Source: an uncultured Thermoplasmatales archaeon (lineage in GTDB: Archaea; Thermoplasmatota; E2; DHVEG-1). Taken from it: a stretch of 64,000 nt of DNA. Location of the stretch: assembly GCA_964615235.1 (NCBI GenBank), contig CAZTMK010000010.1, positions 2,118 to 66,117 of the forward strand, read 5' to 3'. The position numbers and the translations under genes were made by a program. This document shows, piece by piece, positions 8,907 through 18,602 of the stretch. The notes under the pieces are model-generated. The model was given only the letters and a program-made list of their open reading frames with translations. It did not search any database and was not told where the DNA came from. How positions within the stretch are numbered: position 1 is the stretch's first letter; the number at the start of each line of letters is the position of its first letter.

Positions 8907-9032
8907 TGTGCACTAAATTCTACCCATTATTAGGTATTATTCAAAGTTATTTAAAGTTTTGGGGTAGAAATTTGTAAATAATTTGAGGCAGAAAATATTA
9001 TATAATTCAATACCTATTTATCTTTAGTTAGT

Positions 9033-9224
9033 ATGGCTGATAAATCAACATTAACTAAGGCATCTACAAAAAGTGAGTCGCTTAGAACGACTGTTCCAAA
9101 AGCGATAGTTAGTTTCCTGAAGGTGGATATTGGTGAAGTACTTGAATGGGAAATGGAAATAAAAAATAATGAGCGCATTGCTATTGTAAAGCCAGTTCAA
9201 AAAAGACTTAAAGAGGAATACTAG
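9033..9224 (+). CDS. AbrB/MazE/SpoVT-type swapped-hairpin DNA-binding protein
   Basis: 63 aa. RTTVPKAIVSFLKVDIGEVLEWEM matches the V/T-I-P-K-x-I-R...G-D-x-L pattern of AbrB-like domains. Confidence 0.5.
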   Translation: MADKSTLTKASTKSESLRTTVPKAIVSFLKVDIGEVLEWEMEIKNNERIAIVKPVQKRLKEEY

Positions 9225-9357
9225 TTGGATTGTTTCTCTGTAAAAGCTAGTTGGTAAATTTAAAATTGGGATAATGTTGGTTTTCTGAGCGGCACAAAAA
9301 TTATCCATTCTACAGACGGTTTTATTTATATTTCCAAAATTTTGCTCACACAATGCA

Positions 9358-10134
9358 ATGTTTTTTAAATACTGGCATATATTCGATTTGGGGAGTAAAA
9401 CGTCAAATAATGATAATTATTTAATGGCATGTATCGAAGAATATAAAACGCTTAGGGAGGAAAGCAGACAAGCCAGCGTTAATATGATTACTTCCATGTC
9501 GATCGGCATTGGTGTTGCAGCACTTGCAATGGTCACAGGTATTACATCCACATCATCTGCAAGCGAATCTGCAATTCCAATAGTGATTTTATGTGGAATA
9601 ATTCCTTTTTTATTAGCCTTAATCACCTCTTTTTGGCTAGGGGAAGCTGCACGTTTTAAGAGGGCGGGCGACTACATCTGTTTCATAGAATTTAAAATTT
9701 CTATTATACTGGATGAATTCTATGCAAATAATATTGAGAAGAAATGGAAGGAAAACCAAGAGAAATTTGAGACAGAATTGAAAATTCCGCACACAAAATT
9801 ACCTTTGGGGAGGCCAATGCAATGGGAACATTGGCTTAGAGATGTTGGACATATGAAGAGTCTATATGCGTTTAGATTAGGTTTATTGATAATTGCTTTC
9901 TTGGCTCCTCTTGCAATAGGAATAGGGTACGCCATTAGGTCATACAGTATAGACTGCGTTGATATAAACTGCATAGCAAATTTGTTCAACAGAAATCCAA
10001 TTATTGTTCTGTGGGTCTTATTTATAACAGTTGCCTATTTTGTTTTTGTGTTTTCATATACAGCTAAATTGAAGGTTAAACCTAACCCTATTTCCTTTGA
10101 TGAAATACTTTCCCACACAAAGAGTGGCGAATAG
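9358..10134 (+). CDS. Hypothetical multi-pass membrane protein
   Basis: 258-aa ORF (alternative start 9424, MACIEEYKTLREE). At least four hydrophobic helices. No family recognised. Confidence 0.5.
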   Translation: MFFKYWHIFDLGSKTSNNDNYLMACIEEYKTLREESRQASVNMITSMSIGIGVAALAMVTGITSTSSASESAIPIVILCGIIPFLLALITSFWLGEAARFKRAGDYICFIEFKISIILDEFYANNIEKKWKENQEKFETELKIPHTKLPLGRPMQWEHWLRDVGHMKSLYAFRLGLLIIAFLAPLAIGIGYAIRSYSIDCVDINCIANLFNRNPIIVLWVLFITVAYFVFVFSYTAKLKVKPNPISFDEILSHTKSGE

Positions 10135-10277
10135 AAATCGCCTCTCCTGCAATCAATTTGTTCGATATCAAATCTAGGATAGTAGAATGGTAAAAATACA
10201 TTTAAGACAAAACCTAGGAATACTTTAATTAACCTAAAAAAAACTTATTAAATATTACTAAATAAAGGTATTAACTG

Positions 10278-11447
10278 GTGATTGTTATAATGAGTATAAG
10301 AGAATCAAAAGGGGAAGAAATTCTTGACTTATTTATCAAATCAGTTGTAGATTCTGAAGATATTTTCGATTTTGAGGAGGAATTGGAGGAACAAGTATAC
10401 AGGCCAAAATTAAAGATTTATTATGTAGAAAGTTTTGTCACACCAAACAAGATAAATAAGATATTAGACGAAAGCATAAATTTTTCAAAGAAAATAAGGA
10501 ACCTTTTAACCGACTATAAAGTGGAAATTATCGAAAAAGAAAAACCATATTGGTTAATTGTATTCACAGATAAAAAATATCAAGACGAACATTTTTTCTT
10601 ATTAAGAATTGTTAACTCGTATTGGGAAATATTTACTATTGTCCATCATAAAATTGTTACAAAAACGATTCAAAAATTATTTGATATTAGCGATAAAATT
10701 GATCCTGTTTGGATATCTAGAAATCGATTAATAGAAATCGTTTCGGATTTAGTTACCGAATCAGGTATTAGAGGATTTACTGCTAAACGCAGGACTCTAA
10801 ATTTTAAAAAGGACGTAACTATCCGAGTATATGGAGGAGATCTAGAAGATATTGAAAAAGCAAGAAAAGATTTTTATTGCGAGCCTATCAATATCTTTTT
10901 TAAACGCAAGAACAGTCCTATCGATGCAATTGTTGGTGCAATTGGTATCGATGGATATTTAAGAATCGATCGTATAAGATCCGATTCAATCGATTTTTTT
11001 AAAGAAACAAAAAATCAGTTATGGAATAAATACAAGGAAAGTTATGATTCTATTGTAACATCGATTGATAAATTAGGAAAAGAAATAATAAAAGATAATA
11101 AAAAACCAATAGCAACCAGATATAATTCATTTTTTTCCCTGACTTTTAGCATTGATAACGAGGAATATTGGGAGGATAACAGAATATTCAAGGCCATAAA
11201 CAAACAATTTCTCGAGGATGGCAACCAATACATTGGATATACCTTGGGTGACGATGATGTCATGTATATTTTTGATCTCCAATTCAGGGGTTGTTTTCGT
11301 CTCAGAATAGATCGTAAAAACAGAAAAGTAATAATTTGCCCAGAAGAAAATACTACAAAAAAAAGTATTAGTAAATTTTCAAACTTATTTATTGAAAATA
11401 TCGAACATAGTGCCAAACCCGAACATTACTTAGAGGTGTTCGCCTGA
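10278..11447 (+). CDS. Hypothetical protein, no recognisable motif; possibly the N-terminal part of a frameshift-split gene
   Basis: 389-aa ORF (GTG start; ATG at 10290). The reading frame of the next ORF is already open from 11411, overlapping the end of this ORF. Confidence 0.55.
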   Translation: MIVIMSIRESKGEEILDLFIKSVVDSEDIFDFEEELEEQVYRPKLKIYYVESFVTPNKINKILDESINFSKKIRNLLTDYKVEIIEKEKPYWLIVFTDKKYQDEHFFLLRIVNSYWEIFTIVHHKIVTKTIQKLFDISDKIDPVWISRNRLIEIVSDLVTESGIRGFTAKRRTLNFKKDVTIRVYGGDLEDIEKARKDFYCEPINIFFKRKNSPIDAIVGAIGIDGYLRIDRIRSDSIDFFKETKNQLWNKYKESYDSIVTSIDKLGKEIIKDNKKPIATRYNSFFSLTFSIDNEEYWEDNRIFKAINKQFLEDGNQYIGYTLGDDDVMYIFDLQFRGCFRLRIDRKNRKVIICPEENTTKKSISKFSNLFIENIEHSAKPEHYLEVFA

Positions 11448-11569
11448 GTTTACGACAACAAATAAACGAATTACAGGCGTGCAATTTTTTTAATGCAGCA
11501 TTTGCTTGTGAGATAACAGATACATCAAATTTTTCAAAATTAGGATATTCTGCTCCTTTTCATGAACCT

Positions 11570-12355
11570 TTGATTCTTAATAATGATCCAGATTTTTTAA
11601 TCATAAAGGGCAATTATTGTCTAATTATAGAATGTAAATCTGGACATTTTCAGAATGAGGAACATCCTATTAACGCCGAGAAATATTCAAAATTTTCATT
11701 GAGGGAAATTGAAAAAGAATGTAGAAAAATTATGCATAATCCTAAACTGTCAATAGATTATTATGATGTTGCATTTCAATATTATCACGATATGATTTCT
11801 GAGGCAGAATCAAAATGGAAAAATGAATTTTCAAAATTAAAACAAAAAGTCCATGTATTCTCATGTGAAAAAGGAAATTTATATTCATTATACACTAATC
11901 GAGATCTTTTTGACAGACAAACAACTATCGAATTGAGGAAAGGATTTAAAATACCAGAAAAACCAGATCCCCGTTATAATTTAACCAGAAAAGCGGATGA
12001 CGATTTAATAGCTCATGCAATTATAAATTTCGGGTTAAAAAATATAAGTTGGATGGCTGACCCAATCAAATTTGATATTAATGATGAAAATTTATTTGGT
12101 CATTATAATATTAAGATAAATAAAATTAAAAAAGTTTGTTCTATTTTAGAAAAATTAAAAATTATTAAAAAAATTGAGGGAAAAACCGATGATCGTAAGT
12201 ATGTAATCAATAGGTATCAAACAACTAGAAAGCAATTATTTACAATTGGGATTCCATTGCTCCAAGAACTTTTTAAAAATAAAAGATTAAGAGATATAAT
12301 TGCGGATGATCTTGAACCTTTAGAAAGTTATGATAAAAATATTGATGTCGTATAA
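11570..12355 (+). CDS. PD-(D/E)xK nuclease-like protein; true N-terminus probably lies upstream of the listed TTG
   Basis: DPDFLIIKGNYCLIIECKSGHF fits D...E-x-K. 53 further in-frame codons (11411-11569) are stop-free, contain no ATG/GTG/TTG and read like protein (ELQACNFFNAAFACEITDTSNFSKLGYSAPFHEP). Confidence 0.45.
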   Translation: MILNNDPDFLIIKGNYCLIIECKSGHFQNEEHPINAEKYSKFSLREIEKECRKIMHNPKLSIDYYDVAFQYYHDMISEAESKWKNEFSKLKQKVHVFSCEKGNLYSLYTNRDLFDRQTTIELRKGFKIPEKPDPRYNLTRKADDDLIAHAIINFGLKNISWMADPIKFDINDENLFGHYNIKINKIKKVCSILEKLKIIKKIEGKTDDRKYVINRYQTTRKQLFTIGIPLLQELFKNKRLRDIIADDLEPLESYDKNIDVV

Positions 12356-12440
12356 TAATTATTATCCATTCAAGGCTTTGCCCATAAAGTTAGTAATTTA
12401 CCTGTTAGTCATTGACAAAAGATGTTTTTTGTAAAATAAT

Positions 12441-13073
12441 TTAAACATCCTCTTTCAATAGTTTCCCATCCGCTTCTAGCTTTTTTATATATTTTGAACA
12501 AATTAAATTTGTAAGATTTCTTGTTGCATAAACATCACTTAATGCATCATGAGCATTAAGAGGTATATCGAAATGTTTGCAAACAGTCTCTAACTTATAA
12601 TTAACAAGTGAAAAAGTTCCAATTCCATCAAGTAGATGTAGTATGGGTAGAGGATCGATTCCTTTATAATTGAACCAAGAACCAAAAAAATTATCTCCGT
12701 TTTTAATAAAAAAATGTCTCAGAAAATCCATATCAAATCTTGTGTTATAACCTGCATGATAAAACTTATCTGTTCTATCATAACGATCAACGTATTTTTC
12801 AAGTATTGCAATTAGTTTACAATATGCTTCATTAGGAGCAGGATATTTTTTAATTTCATTAATGGTCCTATTATGGATTTCAATAGCTTCTTGATCTATT
12901 GTACTGTAATTAAATGGCTGCATTAACAAGTTATGACTTTCAATAACCTTGCCTTTAATTTCTATCAAAAAAGCAAGCTGAATAATATCCTGTTTTAATG
13001 GATCTAAACCTGTTGTTTCGACGTCAAACCAAAACACTTTTTTTTCCAGGATAACACCCCCCATCTTTTTCAT
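12441..13073 (-). CDS. DEDDh 3'-5' exonuclease (DnaQ/epsilon-like)
   Basis: Exo I VFWFDVETTGLDP, Exo II GYNTRFDMDFL, Exo III HDALSDVYATRNL. It lies 57 nt downstream of the helicase gene on the same strand. Confidence 0.8.
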   Translation of the reverse strand: MKKMGGVILEKKVFWFDVETTGLDPLKQDIIQLAFLIEIKGKVIESHNLLMQPFNYSTIDQEAIEIHNRTINEIKKYPAPNEAYCKLIAILEKYVDRYDRTDKFYHAGYNTRFDMDFLRHFFIKNGDNFFGSWFNYKGIDPLPILHLLDGIGTFSLVNYKLETVCKHFDIPLNAHDALSDVYATRNLTNLICSKYIKKLEADGKLLKEDV

Positions 13074-13130
13074 AAATATCCATTTGATCGGTATAAATTT
13101 ATTGTAGTTTGATCTTGAGCAAAAATTATA

Positions 13131-14924
13131 TCACGTTACTGAAATTACTTTTTGTAGATGTTGGCATAGAATTTTTTTAACCTCTTCTTCTTCAAATCCA
13201 TATTCATTATCTTTTGAATCAATAAAACTTATTAAATCAAGGATGTCAGAGTAAACACAACTAATTTTTCTATTAGTTTGGGCTAGATTCTGCTCATCTT
13301 GTTTACTGAATAGAAAAATCACATTTTTAATCGCCCTACTTACCCCCACATAAAACAAATCTTTAGCTTCTGTAATATCTACTTTATCCTCATTTTTAAA
13401 ATCAGAACAAGGCCAACACAAATTGTGATGAGGTAATCGGTAATTTACAACTCCCATTATTAATACATATTTAAACTCTAAACCCTTTGAACCATGAATT
13501 GATGATAAAAATATTTTATCCTTTATGTTCGACCGAATTAGTTCTGTCCAATCTATTTCCATTTGTAAACAATTATAAAATTCCTGAAGACGTTTCCATA
13601 TTTCCTTTGACGAATAATCGCCTCTGTCAAAAACTCTAGAAAATTTTTCAATGGTAATTAATATTAAATCATTTTTAAATTGACTCTTATAATGTATATT
13701 TATTAATTCCCTAACGATTCGATTTACAGATTCATTGTTGTATTGATTATCTATGTGTGTTTTAATTTCAGTAAAAATTTTTGAGTACTTACAAGCAATA
13801 GATGTAAACTTATAATCATTAATAAAAATATAATCAATTGATCTTTGATCAAACTCCTTCTTAATGGGATTCGATGTTCTAAACTGGGGAAATAAGATAC
13901 AAATATCATGTAGTTTTACATTTTTCCCAATTAGACCAGTAATAATTTTAATGATTTTGGAATTTTCGTCTGCTACAGTATCGTTAATGTACATCTTATA
14001 ATTAATTCCTTTATCAACATTAAATTCGGGATTCCTTAACCTTTTTGTAATCGCTAATATTTTCTGAGAATTTGTTCTATGGTTCTCATGAAGCTCCAAT
14101 TCGGTACACTCAAAATCTTTAATTAATAAATCAATATTTTCTGGATTTGCACCTTGGAATTTCATAATAGCTTGTTTTTTATCCCCAACCACAAAAACAT
14201 TTCTTTTCAGTCCATCTGAATTTGTTGCAATTTCTTTGAATAATAAATATTGTACGTGATTGGTGTCCTGAAATTCGTCAGCTAATATCATAACATATTT
14301 ATTAAAAAAATAATTTTTTATTACAGGAAATTTTTTCAATAAATCTATCGTATGAAATAATAAATGATCAAAATCAAGCTTATCTTTAGTAATCAATTTA
14401 CTGCATATTCTTCTTCTCAATTCAATAAATATTTTTTCATTTTCGATCTCGTTTTCTTTATGCTGTAAAAATTTTTTATTATACCAACTGTTATAGTCTG
14501 AAATTAGCTTATAAAGTTCATTTTCATTCTCGTTATTTGCATCAGCTAGAATTTCTTTAAAATAATTCTTTTTAAACTCAAATATTTCATCTTCATTGAG
14601 TATTGTAAAGTATCTATTTATTCCAATATAATTACCATATGTCCGTAAAATATAATATGCCAATGTATGAAAATTCATAATATCTAGATAAGTTCCACTG
14701 TTTGGAATATTTATGCCGATCCTATCTTTCATCTCATTTGCTGCGGCATTTGAAAATGTTAACGCTAGTAACTTTTTAGGAGGATTGATCAATTTGCTTG
14801 ATATTAAATAACGTATTCTTTCCGTCATTACATGTGTTTTTCCGTAACCTGGAGGAGCTGTAACAAATATCGAAGATTCAATTGGTTGAAAAATTGCCCC
14901 CTCTTGGGATGTGTCAATTTCCAA
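13131..14924 (-). CDS. UvrD/PcrA/Rep-like SF1 helicase (GajB-like)
   Basis: Walker A APPGYGKTHV; motif II ILADEFQDTN; motif III VVGDKKQAIMKFQGA; HENHRTN; SIHGSKGLEFKYVLIMG; LFYVGVSRAIKNV. The TTG start lies 1 nt after the upstream stop. Confidence 0.8.
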   Translation of the reverse strand: MEIDTSQEGAIFQPIESSIFVTAPPGYGKTHVMTERIRYLISSKLINPPKKLLALTFSNAAANEMKDRIGINIPNSGTYLDIMNFHTLAYYILRTYGNYIGINRYFTILNEDEIFEFKKNYFKEILADANNENENELYKLISDYNSWYNKKFLQHKENEIENEKIFIELRRRICSKLITKDKLDFDHLLFHTIDLLKKFPVIKNYFFNKYVMILADEFQDTNHVQYLLFKEIATNSDGLKRNVFVVGDKKQAIMKFQGANPENIDLLIKDFECTELELHENHRTNSQKILAITKRLRNPEFNVDKGINYKMYINDTVADENSKIIKIITGLIGKNVKLHDICILFPQFRTSNPIKKEFDQRSIDYIFINDYKFTSIACKYSKIFTEIKTHIDNQYNNESVNRIVRELINIHYKSQFKNDLILITIEKFSRVFDRGDYSSKEIWKRLQEFYNCLQMEIDWTELIRSNIKDKIFLSSIHGSKGLEFKYVLIMGVVNYRLPHHNLCWPCSDFKNEDKVDITEAKDLFYVGVSRAIKNVIFLFSKQDEQNLAQTNRKISCVYSDILDLISFIDSKDNEYGFEEEEVKKILCQHLQKVISVT

Positions 14925-14925
14925 G

Positions 14926-16923
14926 CTATGTCACCATTTCCTTGGCTTTTATTATTAATTTTTTATAACATTCTGGAATATCATCTACAATCATTTCAGA
15001 GGCGAACATTGACCAGAATAACGACGATTTACATTTTTTTTCCAGAATATCTACAATAACTTCACTACTAATTTTTATCTTCGTATGATCTAAGCTATCA
15101 TAATTACTTAAAATATCTGATACACTCATTGGTTTAGTTTCATCAATATCTCTTTTTATGATGCCTACAAACTGACTTCCAACTCCTTCAGGATCGATCT
15201 TTATTAAGATCTTCATTATCTTGGCTTTGTCCATAGAGTTGACAATTTCATTCTCGATATTTTTATGATTAGTTTTAAAATATAATTCGTTATCATCAGT
15301 AATTAATTCTTCATCAGTACAATGGCCCTCATTATCCCTTATTGCAATACAATTTGTGAATTTTTTAAGAATAAGATAAATTGGTTTAATTGTATCTTTG
15401 CTTTCAGCATTAATCACTGTTAATCCTAACTGATCCAAATCTACATCTGTGATTTTTTTAGCAAATTCTGGAATTGCCCCAAACTCTGAACGTCCTTCAA
15501 TTATAATAACTCCTCTTGATAAAAAAATCTCAGGGTAAAGCCTAAAAATATAATCAAAATGTTTTATTTTTTCTGGCGATAATTCTTTTTTCAGTCGATC
15601 AATAAAAGTGTCATTAAACTTATTTATCTGGATTTTTTTATCCATGTCTTTATTAAAAAGACAAATATCAGATTTCTCAACCTGTGATAAAACAAATGGA
15701 GAATGAGTGGTAATGATAAGTTGAACATTCAAACCTAGATCAAGCAATTCCCCTTGTTTGATTTTTAATTTTTTAATAAGACTTCGCTGTAAATGTGGAT
15801 GCATATGAGCCTCTGGTTCTTCTACTGCAATTATTAAATTTGTAATATTTTCATCAGAGAAATCTACCTGGGTTAATAATCTACTTAATTTCAATGCTAT
15901 AACGAAAGAACTTTGCAGTCCACTTCCCTGATTTAAAATAGGGACGTTACTTAAACAAATATTTGTTTCATCGAATAGATTGGACTCGTCTATTTTTGCT
16001 AATTCAATTCCAAGTTGTCCTTCAGGAACAAATAATGAGAGATTGTCTTTTAACAAACCTTTTATTTTTTCAATACCATCTAAACCGTTTATCAATAATT
16101 GGAGTTCGCCTATTTTTTTTAATATTTTATTCTTATTCATTATATTATTGATGCTGCTTAGTATCTTCTTCATAAGTTCCGCGTCTTTTGCTTGAACTTC
16201 TGATAAAAAATCTTTTAATACATCTGTTATATTTTTAAAATGATCGAAATTTTCTTCTGATAAATTTTTTTTGATTTCAGATAAAATGATAATTAATCTC
16301 TCATCTTCATCCTTTTTATTTTCTGAAAGATATGATTCGATATTGTAGATACATGCATCAATTTGGACATTCAATGGTTTGAGAAAATATTTATTATAAT
16401 ATTTGAAAATCTGTTTTAAGTCACCTTTTGAGTATTGTGTTTCCTTCCATACATCTCTATATGCATCTATGAAATAGAATGGGATATATTTTTTATCATT
16501 TAATTTAAAAGCATCGCCTTTAGGATTATCCTTATCCTCCTTCCTATGAAAGAAAACCTCGACATTAGCATCATTATTTTCCTCTTCCCATTTTGCCTCC
16601 AGTCTAACACTTAACTCGTTTTTAGTAAAATCAATACCGTGCCATACAAAAGCGCTTTCATCATTTTCATTTATATTATCAAACGTTAATTCAATGATAA
16701 TTTCATCACTTCTCATTTTAGTTGAATCATCTAAATAGAAATCTTCTTCAGAAAAGTGTATTCTATGAGGACTTTCATCCATTCTTAATATTTTATATAT
16801 TGCCATCAGAATATTTGTTTTTCCAATGTTATTTTCACCAACTAATATAGTAAAAGGAGAAAAATCTATTGATAGCTCTGGTATATTTCTAAAATTTTTT
16901 ACATACAGCGTTTTTAGTCTCAA
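14926..16923 (-). CDS. OLD-family ATPase + TOPRIM nuclease (GajA-like, class 2 OLD)
   Basis: N-terminal KNFRNI...FTILVGENNIGKTNIL (P-loop), IIAVEEPEAHMHPHLQRSLI, LIITTHSPFV, and C-terminal TOPRIM-like GVIIIEGRSEFGAIPEF. A UvrD-like gene follows immediately. Confidence 0.8.
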   Translation of the reverse strand: MRLKTLYVKNFRNIPELSIDFSPFTILVGENNIGKTNILMAIYKILRMDESPHRIHFSEEDFYLDDSTKMRSDEIIIELTFDNINENDESAFVWHGIDFTKNELSVRLEAKWEEENNDANVEVFFHRKEDKDNPKGDAFKLNDKKYIPFYFIDAYRDVWKETQYSKGDLKQIFKYYNKYFLKPLNVQIDACIYNIESYLSENKKDEDERLIIILSEIKKNLSEENFDHFKNITDVLKDFLSEVQAKDAELMKKILSSINNIMNKNKILKKIGELQLLINGLDGIEKIKGLLKDNLSLFVPEGQLGIELAKIDESNLFDETNICLSNVPILNQGSGLQSSFVIALKLSRLLTQVDFSDENITNLIIAVEEPEAHMHPHLQRSLIKKLKIKQGELLDLGLNVQLIITTHSPFVLSQVEKSDICLFNKDMDKKIQINKFNDTFIDRLKKELSPEKIKHFDYIFRLYPEIFLSRGVIIIEGRSEFGAIPEFAKKITDVDLDQLGLTVINAESKDTIKPIYLILKKFTNCIAIRDNEGHCTDEELITDDNELYFKTNHKNIENEIVNSMDKAKIMKILIKIDPEGVGSQFVGIIKRDIDETKPMSVSDILSNYDSLDHTKIKISSEVIVDILEKKCKSSLFWSMFASEMIVDDIPECYKKLIIKAKEMVT

Positions 16924-16931
16924 TACGGACG

Positions 16932-16937
16932 CCTCCC
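16932..16937 (-). promoter_or_regulatory. Shine-Dalgarno-like GGGAGG 8 nt upstream of the TTG start of the OLD-family gene
   Basis: The plus strand reads CCTCCC at 16932-16937; the start codon is at 16923-16921. Confidence 0.5.
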
Positions 16938-17139
16938 GTCTGAAATTATGTATACATATCTAATTAATGAATATTTTTGTTGTTTAGCTATTTTTTAAAT
17001 TAAAATTTTTTATTTAACAGAAATTTTATAATTCTTTTGGAAATTATTACTACTAAAATTTGATTTTAAAATCAGGAGGAAAATAATATGATATAAAGAT
17101 TTCTCAGATGATTATTATACAAAGAAAGAAAATGGTACT

Positions 17140-17262
17140 TTATTTTTCCTCTTGTTTGATCCAATACGTGATTTGCCCACTGATGGTTCTACAGTTCTTT
17201 TCTGCTATTTTTCTTAATTTTTCTTCGTCTTGCTTGGATAGAGAGATACTTAGTTTACCCAT
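17140..17262 (-). CDS. Ribbon-helix-helix (CopG/Arc-like) mini-protein, 40 aa; not in the ORF track
   Basis: My translation: MGKLSISLSKQDEEKLRKIAEKNCRTISGQITYWIKQEEK. The beta-strand/helix/helix layout is typical of RHH proteins. It lies 216 nt upstream of, and co-directional with, the OLD-family gene. Confidence 0.5.
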   Translation of the reverse strand: MGKLSISLSKQDEEKLRKIAEKNCRTISGQITYWIKQEEK

Positions 17263-17411
17263 ATTTACATCGTTTTTCTTATAATGGTGTTCTTCTTATA
17301 TAATAGCCCCATATTTTGATATAATCTTATATAAAAAAGAATATGTTTATATACAAGAGACTCTATTTTGTAAGCCGTTATTATTTATCAATAACGTGAA
17401 GGGAGATAAAA

Positions 17412-18320
17412 ATGAAAAATATAATTATATTATTTGCAATAGTATTAGTAGGAGCAGGTGTAACCGCAGGAGCTTTAACTTCAGCATCTCTTGGGTGGAG
17501 ATTAAAATCGGTCGATGAAATTATAGTTTTTGAACCGGATGAAGAACAGCAATACGGAAACATCACATTGAAGTTACCAGACGGACCCTTGATATCGATT
17601 GATTCAGACGAAACAACAACCGATTTTGGGAATATTACAGTTGAATTGGCAAAACCCGTTACGGGAGATATCTGTCTTTCTGTCGATGCAGGTCTATATC
17701 CAGTAAGTGTAAATGTAACCATCATCCTAGAAAACAAGGGAAATAAAACAGCATATTTCTACGGACCGCCCTACCACTGGATAATTGACAAATACACTGA
17801 TGGAATATGGAAAAAGATCTATCCAAACGGAATTGAACTTCTGGGAATTTTTATAACTCGGATTGATCCTGGAGAAAAGGAAATTGATTCCTGGGACCAG
17901 AAAATATTTGATGATACAATGTCGGAGAAGGTACAGGTAGATCCAGGTGACTACCGCGTGGTTGTCAATTATTGTAATGGAGAAAAAAAGTATGAGTTTA
18001 CTGAATACGTGTATTTTTCGATAAGCAACTATGCGGGAACAATTTGTAGTGATCCTGTAGGGAGTATCGCGCTTGAACTGCCTGATTATCCTGATGTTTG
18101 GGATGATCGGGAAGATATACTTATTCCATTGCCACCGATGCAGACAATGCCTTTGGACGATATTCTGCCCCAAATACTAATTGCAAAGGTTCCGTTGGGA
18201 AAATACTGCAATGTGATCGATTCCATAACACTATGCAACATTACTGATTCATCAAAAATTTACGACCCCGATGATGGATACTGGCGTTTTCCCGTATTTC
18301 CTTTTCTTATAAAACAATAG
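17412..18320 (+). CDS. Secreted hypothetical protein (Ig-like beta-sandwich suspected)
   Basis: 302 aa with signal/anchor MKNIIILFAIVLVGAGV. The central region (VNVTIILENKGNKTAYFYG...IDPGEKEIDSWDQ...VDPGDYRVVVNY) is loosely reminiscent of BsuPI-type inhibitor folds. Weak. Confidence 0.5.
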   Translation: MKNIIILFAIVLVGAGVTAGALTSASLGWRLKSVDEIIVFEPDEEQQYGNITLKLPDGPLISIDSDETTTDFGNITVELAKPVTGDICLSVDAGLYPVSVNVTIILENKGNKTAYFYGPPYHWIIDKYTDGIWKKIYPNGIELLGIFITRIDPGEKEIDSWDQKIFDDTMSEKVQVDPGDYRVVVNYCNGEKKYEFTEYVYFSISNYAGTICSDPVGSIALELPDYPDVWDDREDILIPLPPMQTMPLDDILPQILIAKVPLGKYCNVIDSITLCNITDSSKIYDPDDGYWRFPVFPFLIKQ

Positions 18321-18602
18321 GATTTTCTTATTCATTTCTCTAGAAAGATTTAAAATAAACGCCCAATGCTGGGCCAATCATCATTAAATTGAAAGTCGAA
18401 TAAGTATAGTGAATTTGTAATTCAAGTGAAACCATCTTTTTCAAAAGTTTATAAGAACTCCTGTTGTTAAGGTTACCCCAGAACCTTGTTCGGCGAAAAA
18501 TCAATATAAGAAACCGATCAATGTTTATGTAATTGTGAAACTAAAATACACAAATATTTTAAACAATTATAATATTCACAATCCAAAAAGGGAGGTAACA
18601 TT

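Larger units (their letters stand above)
7117..8979 (-). mobile_element. Insertion sequence, IS4-type DDE transposase; ends only approximately placed
   Basis: A single transposase ORF that looks GC-richer than its flanks. Weak imperfect terminal similarity: TTTTACAATTTAAAC at 7117-7131 versus the reverse complement of 8957-8979 (ATTTACAAATTTCTACCCCAAAAC). No target-site duplication could be defined. Confidence 0.45.

Noticed and set aside
7117-8979. Clean terminal inverted repeats and a target-site duplication for the IS
   Set aside because: Only a weak, gapped match could be aligned by eye (TTTACAA...TTT...AC...AAAA), and no flanking direct repeat was evident. The coordinates are therefore approximate and the inverted repeats are not claimed.
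11411-11447. Programmed -1 ribosomal frameshift site joining ORFs 10278..11447 and 11570..12355
   Set aside because: No canonical X-XXY-YYZ slippery heptamer or obvious downstream stimulatory structure occurs in the overlap. The split is reported, but programmed recoding is not claimed.
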